Origin: a bacterium
Lineage (GTDB): Bacteria > Patescibacteriota > Patescibacteriia > JBAXGH01
Assembly (NCBI GenBank): GCA_037139515.1
Contig: JBAXGH010000004.1
Coordinates: 7,514-71,513 of the forward strand
Reading direction: 5' to 3'
Length of the DNA stretch: 64,000 bases
Part shown: positions 7,870 to 16,079 of the stretch, one piece after another
Position numbering within the stretch: position 1 is the first letter of the stretch
Layout of the letters: each line of letters opens with the position of its first letter
Made by a program: the position numbers and the translations under genes
The notes under the pieces: generated by a model
The model's database searches: none
Seen by the model: the letters and a program-made list of their open reading frames with translations, nothing else
What the model was told of the DNA's origin: nothing

Positions 7870-8615
7870 ATTTGAGTAGAGCTGACGCTCCAAAGAAATT
7901 CAAAAATCTGCTTAAGGCTGAAGGCTAAATCGGGTGAGTGAATAATAAAAGCCATGCCTTCGTTTTGCGAGGAGATTAGGCCGATATTATTTTCGTAAAT
8001 ATAAATCGAAGTTTTAAGATCGACGTAGGCGGGTAAATAACGGATTTGGCGAAGATATTCAGCCTCTTTAGTGAAGAGCGGGTCGTTCACGTTTTTATTC
8101 TGCACGCGAAGTGAGCGCGAACGTAGGCCTTTTTTAACTCGGTTTTCGATCCATTTTTTAATATAGGCGCGGTCTAAGGTTTGGGCGGTGAGTGACTGAG
8201 GAGAAAAATAGACGTATTCATTTTTTGCGACATTCAAAATATCGGCCAGCACTTCGCGGGCGGCGTGCGGGCCTTGAAAGGTTTGAGTGAATGGCGTTTT
8301 GGATTTTCCGGCGTAGAGCGAGAGAAAATCAGGGAGCAAATCTTTCAACTGATCACCCAAATTATCAAAGCGCTTTTTGAGTTCCTTCGGGTGCAGGGCG
8401 ACATAAGCGATGCGCTTGCCGTGTTTGATTGTCTGCACGTAGCCCCGAGATTCCAAAATTCGTAAGTTGTCATAGATAGCCGTTCGGCGCATTTTCATGG
8501 CGTCGGCGAGTTCGGCGGCTGTAGCTTCGCCTTTCGACAAAGTGGCGAGATAAAGCTCGGCCCTTTGTTCATCAAGACCGGTTTTGGTAAGCCAGGAAAG
8601 TAGGTTTGAGTTCAT
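7866..8615 (-). CDS. TrmB-family transcriptional regulator
   Basis: An N-terminal winged helix LDEQRAELYLATLSKGEATAAELADAMKMRRTAIYDNLRILESRGYV, plus the long C-terminal sugar-binding-like domain typical of TrmB. Confidence 0.7.
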   Translation of the reverse strand: MNSNLLSWLTKTGLDEQRAELYLATLSKGEATAAELADAMKMRRTAIYDNLRILESRGYVQTIKHGKRIAYVALHPKELKKRFDNLGDQLKDLLPDFLSLYAGKSKTPFTQTFQGPHAAREVLADILNVAKNEYVYFSPQSLTAQTLDRAYIKKWIENRVKKGLRSRSLRVQNKNVNDPLFTKEAEYLRQIRYLPAYVDLKTSIYIYENNIGLISSQNEGMAFIIHSPDLAFSLKQIFEFLWSVSSTQI

Positions 8616-8795
8616 ATGATGAGATATCTTTCATAAATAATTGACGAAGAAAGTATACATTAGTTGGCTAAAATAAGCAAATATGTGTGAATTTACTGTA
8701 TAGTCTTCTAAAATATTTGGCGTATTTGTATGGGTGGATTATGGTGTCTGTACCGCTGTGGTAGCGGCGCACACTGACAATCAAACGAGGAAAAC

Positions 8796-9074
8796 ATGAA
8801 GAACGCAATGCGCGATGGAAAACCGAGACGGCATCATGTCGGGTGTAAATGCGCTGGCTGTCGGCGTCCATGTCGGTGTTCGCGCTGTCTTAAGAAGATG
8901 CGGGTGCAGCAACTTACGAGGCTGGAAGAATTCGTGGCGCAGAACTTGAAGCACTTGATCGGTAACATTTGCTATTACGATTGTCCTCGGTGCGACATGC
9001 CACTTGTGCGGATCGACTATCTCTCCTCGGGCTTCCCTGGGTCGATGCGGATGAGCTGTAGCTGTGGTGAATAG
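8796..9074 (+). CDS. Small Cys-rich (zinc-ribbon-like) protein, paralog 1
   Basis: HHVGCKCAGCRRPCRCSRC... and CPRC, CSCGE. Paralogous to the protein encoded at 10520-10792. First gene of the higher-GC island. Confidence 0.55.
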   Translation: MKNAMRDGKPRRHHVGCKCAGCRRPCRCSRCLKKMRVQQLTRLEEFVAQNLKHLIGNICYYDCPRCDMPLVRIDYLSSGFPGSMRMSCSCGE

Positions 9075-9162
9075 TGGTACTCGTCTACACGCGCAGGTTG
9101 TCGTTTGACCTGCGCCTTCTTATGGGGCTCTGAAATCCATTCAGAGTCACTAGGGAGAAAAC

Positions 9163-9837
9163 ATGAAAGCTGTTCCGTTTGTGCCGAAGGACCATGTGCC
9201 GCCAATTTTGGGCCGGCTCAAGTGTGATGAACTCACAATGCAGCTTGTACCTGAAGTGCGGAGTGTAGCCTGTCTCGTGATGGACTGCTCGACTTCAATG
9301 CGCGATTTTGGCAAAGCGCCGCGTCGCGTCATGAACGAGTACGTGAGGACTCTCCGTGAGTCAGTGTCAGCCAAAACTACGAGCGTTTGCGTGTTGCGCT
9401 TTGCTGCGGAGCTCGAAGTAGTGGCGCAAAACCAAATCGCAGTGGCCGCGGGTGACGTTCCTCGTTTCGAGCTCACCCGAGGCACGCGCTTGTTTGGAGC
9501 GCTGCTCACAGTGCTCGAAAAAGTGGTCGGAGCGGTTGAAGCCGAAAGGGCTCGCGGTCGCCCGGTGAACGCCACGGTCACGCTCTTTACCGACGGCTAC
9601 GATTGGCTTTCGACGCAAGAAGAAAGGCAAGCGTTGCCGGATATGGTCATGCAGGCCAAGATGAATGACGTAAAGGTTCTCCTTGTGGGAATCGGCGTCG
9701 AGCTATATGGCTTTGCCGACGAAATCTGGGTGGCGCCGTCGGATGTGATTTTCATCAAGCCGACCTGCGATGAGTTGATTCAGTCAGGGCGGGCGATCTC
9801 TGAAATCACCAGAGAGCGCTCCGAAAGTGCTCGATGA
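9163..9837 (+). CDS. von Willebrand factor A (VWA) domain protein
   Basis: A MIDAS motif DCSTSM (DxSxS) and a downstream TDG. Good ribosome-binding site. Preceded by the conserved two-hairpin leader. Confidence 0.65.
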   Translation: MKAVPFVPKDHVPPILGRLKCDELTMQLVPEVRSVACLVMDCSTSMRDFGKAPRRVMNEYVRTLRESVSAKTTSVCVLRFAAELEVVAQNQIAVAAGDVPRFELTRGTRLFGALLTVLEKVVGAVEAERARGRPVNATVTLFTDGYDWLSTQEERQALPDMVMQAKMNDVKVLLVGIGVELYGFADEIWVAPSDVIFIKPTCDELIQSGRAISEITRERSESAR

Positions 9838-9960
9838 GTGTCTGGTTGAAAGGCCAGATAGCTGCGCTGGTCTAATAAATCAGCGCCTTCTTATGGAGCC
9901 CCGGAATGGTCCGAGGTTCCTCAGGAAGAAACCGCATGCTTCAAGAAAGGAAGGGACAAC

Positions 9961-10425
9961 ATGAGCCATGATTGTGATGGGGGCTTCTCAGAGGAATTTG
10001 AAAAGCGCGTCGAAGCGCGTCGGCAAGAGGCTCTGAAAAAGCAGATTCTGGAGAAGGCGATTACGATCGTCATCGGGCGTGGATCTTTCGCGCGTTTGTG
10101 GCGTGAAGAGCGCATTCCCGAGCAAGCACGTTGTGAATTCCAGCCGTTCACCATCACGGTGGACGCGAATGTCCGGGTGACATTTGCGGGGCGTCTGGTT
10201 TTCGACAGCGGCCGGTTTGGGATCGGCGATGAACTTGAAGGGCTTGTCTGCGACCCACAGGTCTTTATCCCGGGAGAGTGGGAGAAGATCTTTGATGGAC
10301 TCTTTGAGCAGGCAAAACCCGTTGCTCAAAGTGTTCAGAATGCGCATCGTGAAGTGCTCCGGCAAAAGGAGAAGGGAGAGCGTGATGAGCGTGAAAGAGA
10401 GGAAGCAAAAAAGTGGGGATTGTGA
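9961..10425 (+). CDS. Hypothetical protein (no recognisable motif; carries the leader-2 motif upstream)
   Basis: A 154-aa ORF. GGAAGGG ribosome-binding site. Preceded by copy 2 of the leader motif. Confidence 0.5.
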   Translation: MSHDCDGGFSEEFEKRVEARRQEALKKQILEKAITIVIGRGSFARLWREERIPEQARCEFQPFTITVDANVRVTFAGRLVFDSGRFGIGDELEGLVCDPQVFIPGEWEKIFDGLFEQAKPVAQSVQNAHREVLRQKEKGERDEREREEAKKWGL

Positions 10426-10519
10426 AAGCTGGCGGATGGGTGGCTAGCCCGGCGAAGTGAAATGCTTCGCCCTTTTATGGAGCTTCGGAATGATCCGGGG
10501 CTACTGGAGGGAGGAAAAG

Positions 10520-10792
10520 ATGGAAAAACATCATAAGGGGTGCATCTGCGTTGTCTGTAAGACGCCTTGCCACTGCCCGGACTGCATTCGTGAGCGGGAG
10601 GAGGCCGAGGCTCTGGCGGCGCGGATCGAGGCGGAGGCTAACCGGGTTGTGCGAGTGGAAGAGACGAGGTGTGAAAGGCACGGTTGCACGGTACGCGTTC
10701 TTCACCGCGCATCCGGCAAAACTGAAACCGACATTTGTCGAGTTTGCATGCGGGGTGGGGACCCTGGTCCCTGGCATGGGTCCGCATACTGA
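10520..10792 (+). CDS. Small Cys-rich protein, paralog 2
   Basis: MEKHHKGCICVVCKTPCHCPDC mirrors the 8796 protein. GGAGGGAGG ribosome-binding site. Preceded by copy 3 of the leader motif. Confidence 0.5.
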   Translation: MEKHHKGCICVVCKTPCHCPDCIREREEAEALAARIEAEANRVVRVEETRCERHGCTVRVLHRASGKTETDICRVCMRGGDPGPWHGSAY

Positions 10793-10827
10793 AGAAGCCC
10801 TTATTTTAGGGCCACGAAAGGAGAAGC

Positions 10828-11007
10828 GATGCACGGACTTGGAACCATCATCGGCATGAATGAAGCGGCTTATGCGCGATTCATGCAGGCAAAGAAGGCG
10901 GGCTTGATGCGAGAGCTCGAAGGTGACGATCGAAGCGAGCTCCGTGCGGTACCGGAAAACGAAAAAACGCAACCTCGCGATCATCCAAAGGGAAAGAAGA
11001 GGGACTA
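10828..11007 (+). CDS. Small hypothetical protein (59 aa)
   Basis: AAAGGAGAAGCG-ATG ribosome-binding site. Below the ORF-track size cutoff. Weak. Confidence 0.3.
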
Positions 11008-11099
11008 GTCGGTTTTTTACCCTTGCATTGATTGAAGTTTTCGTTTAACTTCGTCTGCAGGGAAGTGTCAAAACAGCGCTTTGCGCGAAAAGGAGCACA

Positions 11100-11525
11100 G
11101 TGATGATGAGTCTAGTGATTGCAGGGTTGTTTGCGGCCGTTCTTGGCCAAGTACCGAACACGGAAGCACTGAAGGGCGCGAAGGAGTGGCGAAAGGCAAG
11201 CCAAGCCGTCATGCTGAACCTGCCGGCGGATCCAAAGGCGAGTCAGGCAGAAATCAGGACGCGCTTGCGGCTCGTAATCCGGAAAGGCGATCTGGTCATC
11301 CAGGCGGAGAAAACTTTCATCGAGCAGAATCTGAAAGCGATTCTCGTGAAGTCGCTCAAGATGCCGGAAGACAAGCGGCATCCGGAGCTCGAAAACCTGG
11401 AAAAGATGAACGACCTCCAGTCGAGAACCTGCGCATTGTACCTTGTGAAGTTCGGGGGTCAGAGCGAAGAGGTTCCGGAGTGTGCGAAGCTACCTCCTCG
11501 ATTTCAGACCTGGCAACAGAAGTGA
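11100..11525 (+). CDS. Secreted hypothetical protein
   Basis: AAGGAG ribosome-binding site and a signal-peptide-like N-terminus MMSLVIAGLFAAVLGQV. Last gene of the higher-GC island. Confidence 0.55.
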   Translation: MMMSLVIAGLFAAVLGQVPNTEALKGAKEWRKASQAVMLNLPADPKASQAEIRTRLRLVIRKGDLVIQAEKTFIEQNLKAILVKSLKMPEDKRHPELENLEKMNDLQSRTCALYLVKFGGQSEEVPECAKLPPRFQTWQQK

Positions 11526-11531
11526 TGCCCA

Positions 11532-11562
11532 CGCCTTGAGGTGACTCAAGGCGTTTTTTTGT
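11532..11562 (+). terminator. Intrinsic terminator
   Basis: cgccttgaggtgactcaaggcg hairpin followed by TTTTTTTGTT. Confidence 0.65.
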
Positions 11563-11576
11563 TAACTTTATTCGTC

Positions 11577-11613
11577 AAAAACCAAAAGCCGGCATAGAGC
11601 GCCGGCTTTTGGT
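11577..11613. terminator. Bidirectional terminator hairpin (14-bp stem)
   Basis: aaccaaaagccggc...gccggcttttggtt, with T-rich sequence on both strands. Confidence 0.5.
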
Positions 11614-11742
11614 TTATTCTTCTTCGTCCTCGTCATCTTCCTCTTCCGCCTCCGCTTCGATCTCTTCAAGGTTTTCTTCTTCGTCGAGTCCTGGCTCTTC
11701 AGGCTTCTTTGCTGCTGGATCTATGAACTTATCGTCTGCCAT
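11614..11742 (-). CDS. Tiny acidic protein (42 aa), MADDKFIDPAAKKPEEPGLDEEE...
   Basis: Open frame with strongly biased D/E composition. The ERIC-like element begins 8 bp upstream of the start. Weak. Confidence 0.3.
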   Translation of the reverse strand: MADDKFIDPAAKKPEEPGLDEEENLEEIEAEAEEEDDEDEEE

Positions 11743-11749
11743 AAATTTT

Positions 11750-11910
11750 AAGTCTGTTACCATATAAGCTCCAACCCAAAATGATAGCTTTCGGCAAACT
11801 CTAGGCGAAAAATTTTTAGCTTAGCAGGGGCTAAACGAAAAATTTTGTCGCCGTCGATTTTGCTCGAAATCTATCATTTTGTCTAAGAAGCTTATATGGC
11901 AACAGACTTA
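11750..11910. repeat. Rod-like palindromic element, copy 1 (ERIC/MITE-like or structured RNA)
   Basis: Terminal inverted repeats taagtctgttaccatataagct / aagcttatatggcaacagactta, with nested complementary halves. A second copy at 45781-45980 shows compensatory changes. Confidence 0.6.
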
Positions 11911-11989
11911 TAGTTAATTTTGTAACTCGGCATATAATACAAAACCAAGCGAAATTTTTCAAAGCCCATTTTCCACAGCCTGTTCACAT

Positions 11990-12170
11990 ATGGCCAGCGC
12001 AAAATAAAATCGCAGGCCTTCCACGCCCCTGAACGCGATTCGCACCATTCTTCCCTTGAAAAAATTCTCAATGTATCTCGATACACCTCAAATTTTTTCA
12101 AGCTCCAGAATGGTGCGACTCATCATTCATCGGCGCGGAATACCTACGATTTTATTTTGCGCTGGCCATT
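11990..12170. repeat. ~180-bp imperfect palindrome centred at ~12078
   Basis: The arms atggccagcgcaaaataaaatcg... and ...cgattttattttgcgctggccat are complementary, as are inner segments. Centre is gtatctcgatac. It is immediately upstream of the membrane-protein gene at 12191. Confidence 0.5.
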
Positions 12171-12190
12171 GGTGCTATAATGTACTCAAT

Positions 12191-12607
12191 ATGATTAGGG
12201 GGAAAAAACTGCTGAAGAAGCGCAAGCTATCTTTGATTGAAAAACTTTACGTGCAACATGCTCATCCGATAAATCTCATCATGACGCTTGTCGGCATTAT
12301 GTGGGGCGTCTACTTTTTGTGGCTGCAAAACATTTTACTCGCGGCGATTTTCGCTTTCGGGTTCATGATTATTGGACATGCTTCTGTTTGGGGTGAAAAC
12401 GAAGATGGTTTAGCGGAAACCTGGCTTGGTAAAATCATGATTTTGCACTCGCACCCAATCAATACTCTTTTTCATCTCGTCGGAACGTTTATTGTCGCCG
12501 TGGGATTGTATTCTAACGTCATCGAGATGATTATGTGGGGCGTAACGATACTGTTATTCGGCCATTTGTGGGGCTGGAGCCGCGTGCATTTACTCGGAGA
12601 AGAATAA
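12191..12607 (+). CDS. Small polytopic membrane protein
   Basis: Start chosen at MIRGKK, downstream of TATAAT. Repeated HPIN..L(V/F)G motifs and hydrophobic segments. Confidence 0.5.
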   Translation: MIRGKKLLKKRKLSLIEKLYVQHAHPINLIMTLVGIMWGVYFLWLQNILLAAIFAFGFMIIGHASVWGENEDGLAETWLGKIMILHSHPINTLFHLVGTFIVAVGLYSNVIEMIMWGVTILLFGHLWGWSRVHLLGEE

Positions 12608-12612
12608 AAAAT

Positions 12613-15255
12613 ATGCCGCAGAGCGCATGGCACTCGATGTCGGTGCGAGCGGTTTTTGAGGCGCAAAAAACGAGTGCGTCCGGGCTCGCACAAAAAGAGG
12701 CGGAAAGCCGGCTTTTTAAGTTTGGTCCGAACTCATTGCCTGCGGATCATCACGAAACGTGGTTGCGGATATTTTTGCGACAGTTTGCAAGCCCGCTCAT
12801 ATTTATTTTGATTTTGTCAGCCTTCGCGGTTTTGTGGCTTGGCGATACGACCGACGCTTATATAATTTTCGGGGTTTTGTTTTTCAATGCCTGCATCGGC
12901 GCAATTCAGGAAGGAAAAGCAGCACGCTCACTTGAAGCTTTGAAACGTTTGGTCGTGGTTGAAGCGACGGTTTTGCGCGATGGCAAGGAAGTTCGTCTGA
13001 AAGATGAGCAAGTTGTGCCCGGCGACGTGCTGGTTTTGCGTGAGGGCGAAAGAATTTCGGCTGATGCGCGTCTGATTTTCGCGCGCGAGTTTCAGGTTGA
13101 TGAGGCGATGATGACCGGAGAATCATTGCCGGCGAGAAAGTCCGCGGAGGCCTCTATTTCGGAGAATGCTGCCGTTGCCGACCGTCGCGATATGGTTTTT
13201 CGTGGTACTTACGTGGTTTCCGGTTCGGCTAAGGCTGTTGTTGTTGAAACCGGTCTGAATACGGTAATCGGAACGCTCGCGAAGTCACTTACGGTTCCTG
13301 ATACGGAAATGCCTCTTAAGGCAACGCTCGCAAAATTAACTGCTGTAATTGGTGCCGTTGTAGCGATCTGCATGGCGCTTCTGTTTGCTCTGGGACTTGC
13401 GCGCGGGCTTCCTCTGCGAGAGGTTTTCACCATCGCCGTTTCACTCGCAGTTTCGATTATTCCGGAGGGTCTGCCGATTGTGCTCACTATAATTCTTGCT
13501 TCCGGAGTTTGGCGCATGGCTCGCAAGCACGTTCTGGTGCGTAAATTACAGGCCGTGGAGGCGCTCGGACGGGCGACGGTGCTTGCGGTTGATAAAACCG
13601 GCACGATTACGCGTAATGAGCTGATGGTTGAGCGCGTAATTGCATCTGGCACGCGATATGACGTTCAAGGCTCTGGATATCATGCCAAGGGCGAGGTCTT
13701 GTTTGAGGGAAAAGCTCTTTCGAAGTCACAGCGCTCGGAAATAGAGATGATTGGAATCGCAGCATCGGCCTGTGCCGGCGCGGAACTTATTCATGATATT
13801 AAAACTGATACCTGGAAAGTGGTTGGTGATCCGACGGAGGCGGCGCTCGGAGTTTTTGCGCGCAAGCTTGGGATAGAAAAAAAGAAACTTCGGGTTTTAG
13901 ACGTGCTGCCATTTTCATATAACGAAAAAATGCAGGCGGTCGAAATCATGATTGGTTCGGAAAGAAAGCTTCTTGTTATCGGGGCGCCCGAAACTATTTT
14001 GAAGCGCACCGGTTTAAGCGCAAATGATCGAAAAGATTTTGAACGCGATTTTCTTTCGATGTCTGATGAGGGCCTGCGCGTTGTGGCGGTCGCAGTTGCG
14101 GAGCGGCCGGAAAAATTGCACTTTAACGAAATAAAAAAACTTACATTTTTGGGTTTTATCGGCATGAACGATAGTATTCGGCGCGAGGCGAGTGAGGCGG
14201 TCGCGCGCTGTTCAAAAGCCGGGGTTAAAATCGTGATGATAACCGGGGATCATCTTCGAACCGCCGAAGCGATTGCGCGTAAAGTGGGTATATTGCGCGT
14301 TCACGACGCCGTGATGACGGGTTATGAACTTGATACGATGACCGAAAAAGAATTCGCGCGCCTGCTTCCGCGCGTTACGGTTTTTGCGCGCATGACTCCG
14401 GAGCATAAACTTCGAATCATAAAAAAATATCGCGAATTAGGTGAGATTGTGGCTATGACGGGCGATGGCGTGAACGATGTGCCGTCGCTCGTTGCGGCGG
14501 ACCTGGGAGTCGCGATGGGCGGAATCGGAACCGACGTAACAACTTCGGCGGCCGAGGTTGTGCTTACGAATGATAACTTCGCTAACTTGATTGTCGGAAT
14601 TGAAGAGGGGCGTCACATGTATTCGGCCTTCAAAAAAGTCACGCTATATTTATTCTCAACTAATTTAGGCGAGGCACTTACAATTATCGGAGCTTTGTTT
14701 ATCGGCATGCCTTTACCTTTACTTGCGGCTCAAATCATCTGGTTAAATCTTGTAACGGATACTTTTTTGGATGTTTCACTCGCTATGGAACCTAAAGAAG
14801 AAGGGCTTTTGAATCGAGCACCGCGACTTGCGGGTGATGATTTTTTGAACAAGTCTGCGTTGCGTAGAATGTTTCTCATGGCCTTTGTGATGGCTTCCGG
14901 AACTTTGCTTGTGTTTAATTCTTATTCTTCCAGAAACCCCGAACTTGCTCTCACAATGTCACTCGTGACACTCGCAATTTTCCAGTGGTTCAATGTTTGG
15001 AACTGTCGATCGGAAACCAAGTCTGTTTTTGAGATTTCGCCGGTTTCTAATCGGCCGCTCTTAGCTGCGTTTTTGGTCGTGATTGGTTTGCAGCTCGCAG
15101 CGGTATATTTTTCGCCGCTTCAAAAAATTCTGCACACAGCACCGCTTACCGCAAGCGATTGGCTGCTCGCTATTTTTGTCGCACTTTCAATTATTGTAGT
15201 TGAAGAGGTTCGAAAGGGGATAGCGCGGCGAAAAAGAAAATCAGCTCTCGTTTGA
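12613..15255 (+). CDS. P-type cation-transporting ATPase (type II, Ca2+/Mg2+-like)
   Basis: A DKTGTIT phosphorylation motif, the MTGDGVNDVPSL hinge, TGES and GPNSLP. Confidence 0.85.
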   Translation: MPQSAWHSMSVRAVFEAQKTSASGLAQKEAESRLFKFGPNSLPADHHETWLRIFLRQFASPLIFILILSAFAVLWLGDTTDAYIIFGVLFFNACIGAIQEGKAARSLEALKRLVVVEATVLRDGKEVRLKDEQVVPGDVLVLREGERISADARLIFAREFQVDEAMMTGESLPARKSAEASISENAAVADRRDMVFRGTYVVSGSAKAVVVETGLNTVIGTLAKSLTVPDTEMPLKATLAKLTAVIGAVVAICMALLFALGLARGLPLREVFTIAVSLAVSIIPEGLPIVLTIILASGVWRMARKHVLVRKLQAVEALGRATVLAVDKTGTITRNELMVERVIASGTRYDVQGSGYHAKGEVLFEGKALSKSQRSEIEMIGIAASACAGAELIHDIKTDTWKVVGDPTEAALGVFARKLGIEKKKLRVLDVLPFSYNEKMQAVEIMIGSERKLLVIGAPETILKRTGLSANDRKDFERDFLSMSDEGLRVVAVAVAERPEKLHFNEIKKLTFLGFIGMNDSIRREASEAVARCSKAGVKIVMITGDHLRTAEAIARKVGILRVHDAVMTGYELDTMTEKEFARLLPRVTVFARMTPEHKLRIIKKYRELGEIVAMTGDGVNDVPSLVAADLGVAMGGIGTDVTTSAAEVVLTNDNFANLIVGIEEGRHMYSAFKKVTLYLFSTNLGEALTIIGALFIGMPLPLLAAQIIWLNLVTDTFLDVSLAMEPKEEGLLNRAPRLAGDDFLNKSALRRMFLMAFVMASGTLLVFNSYSSRNPELALTMSLVTLAIFQWFNVWNCRSETKSVFEISPVSNRPLLAAFLVVIGLQLAAVYFSPLQKILHTAPLTASDWLLAIFVALSIIVVEEVRKGIARRKRKSALV

Positions 15256-15260
15256 GGGCT

Positions 15261-15285
15261 GATTTTCTTAGCGGGTAAAGGGATT
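15261..15285. repeat. Direct repeat copy of the tRNA-Gly 3' end plus flank (gattttcttagcgggtaaaggga)
   Basis: Identical 23-mer at 15460-15482, which is the real tRNA 3' end. The copies are separated by a 174-bp GC-rich segment. Confidence 0.55.
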
Positions 15286-15436
15286 TCCGCCTAGCCGCGC
15301 GGAGCCCTTGGCGCGGCGTCGTTGTCCTGGGCAGCGGCAAAGCAAAGCCATTTGCTTTGCCGGCGCTCCGCGTCGGCCGCGTCACGCGGCCTAGCGTCGA
15401 CTTCTGCCCGTTCGACTCCTATTTCCGCAAATAAGA

Positions 15437-15460
15437 AAATCAACCTTCAAAAGAAGGTTG
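15437..15460 (-). terminator. Intrinsic terminator downstream of tRNA-Gly
   Basis: tcaaccttcaaaagaaggttga hairpin, followed on the minus strand by TTTTCTTATTT. Confidence 0.5.
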
Positions 15461-15468
15461 ATTTTCTT

Positions 15469-15540
15469 AGCGGGTAAAGGGAGTCGAACCCTTGTGTAGG
15501 GTTTGGAAAACCCCCATAATAACCGTTATATGATACCCGC
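15469..15540 (-). tRNA. tRNA-Gly (anticodon UCC)
   Basis: Manual fold: acceptor stem GCGGGTA/TACCCGC, anticodon loop TTTCCAA, T-loop TTCGACT, discriminator U. CCA is not encoded. Confidence 0.8.
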
Positions 15541-15593
15541 ATGGGTATTTTTCTGTTTCGAAATTATACTCAAAGGTGGTTTTTTCGTCTAGT

Positions 15594-15977
15594 CTATGTT
15601 CGTCCGCAACTTTGGCATCTGGTTCCGTATGGTGAGGTGAAGCCGGTCATCGAGCCGTCATTGGCTTTTTGGCAGGTCAGGCAGTAGCTCTGTGCGATTT
15701 TATTGAAAATACAGATATAGCGCGGTTGACCGCTATCAAGCCTCGGCCCGTTTACAATGTGATGGTTCTTTAATAGGGTCAGTTCCTGAACGACTGAATT
15801 TCGGGTTAGGTGGAAACCTTTTCTAAATAGAAGAACTCGAATTTCTTCGATGCCGAAAGCGCGACTCTTAATTGCGAGGATTGAAATCAGCTCGCTTCTA
15901 AGCGGGCTCAGCGCATAGCCGGCATTCTGAAGTTTTCGCAAGATCAAGTTTGCAATCATACTAATCGTATTATACAA
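15594..15977 (-). CDS. Fur-family transcriptional regulator
   Basis: A winged-helix N-terminus (SPLRSELISIL...NSVVQELTLLKNHHIV) and a C-terminal HH/Cys cluster (CLTC...CQSC). Confidence 0.65.
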   Translation of the reverse strand: MYNTISMIANLILRKLQNAGYALSPLRSELISILAIKSRAFGIEEIRVLLFRKGFHLTRNSVVQELTLLKNHHIVNGPRLDSGQPRYICIFNKIAQSYCLTCQKANDGSMTGFTSPYGTRCQSCGRT

Positions 15978-16002
15978 AAATCACAGTTTCCTGTGACTCT
16001 TG

Positions 16003-16079
16003 TGGTCGGGCTGCCGAGACTTGAACTCGGAACCTTCTGCTCCCAAAGCAGACGCGATAGCCAATTACGCTACAGCCCG
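16003..16079 (-). tRNA. tRNA-Pro (anticodon UGG), CCA encoded
   Basis: Manual fold: C1-G72 acceptor stem, anticodon loop TTTGGGA, T-loop TTCAAGT, discriminator A, then CCA. Confidence 0.8.

Noticed and set aside
9076-10519. Integron attC-site interpretation of the repeated inter-cassette elements
   Set aside because: No RYYYAAC / GTTRRRY core sites and no attC-like imperfect long inverted repeat with extrahelical bases. No integrase nearby. The elements look like hairpin + conserved linker + hairpin leaders instead.
9116-10519. Conserved upstream mini-ORFs starting at the ATGG(A/G)GC of the leader motif (MEPRNGP... / MELRNDP...), overlapping the main start codons
   Set aside because: No Shine-Dalgarno sequence precedes them; the upstream context is CCTTCTT. 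The first copy encodes only MGL*. More likely the similarity is at the RNA level.
11892-12190. Mirror-image MKKF... ORFs on both strands (11892-12101 minus; N-terminal part of 12056-12607 plus)
   Set aside because: Both arise from the long palindrome. The real membrane-protein start is placed at 12191 after a TATAAT.
15256-15460. tmRNA or a second tRNA between the P-type ATPase and tRNA-Gly
   Set aside because: The GGGCTGATTTTC and GTTCGACTCC strings resemble tmRNA or T-arm fragments, but no acceptor or T stems can be paired. Treated as integration-scar sequence.
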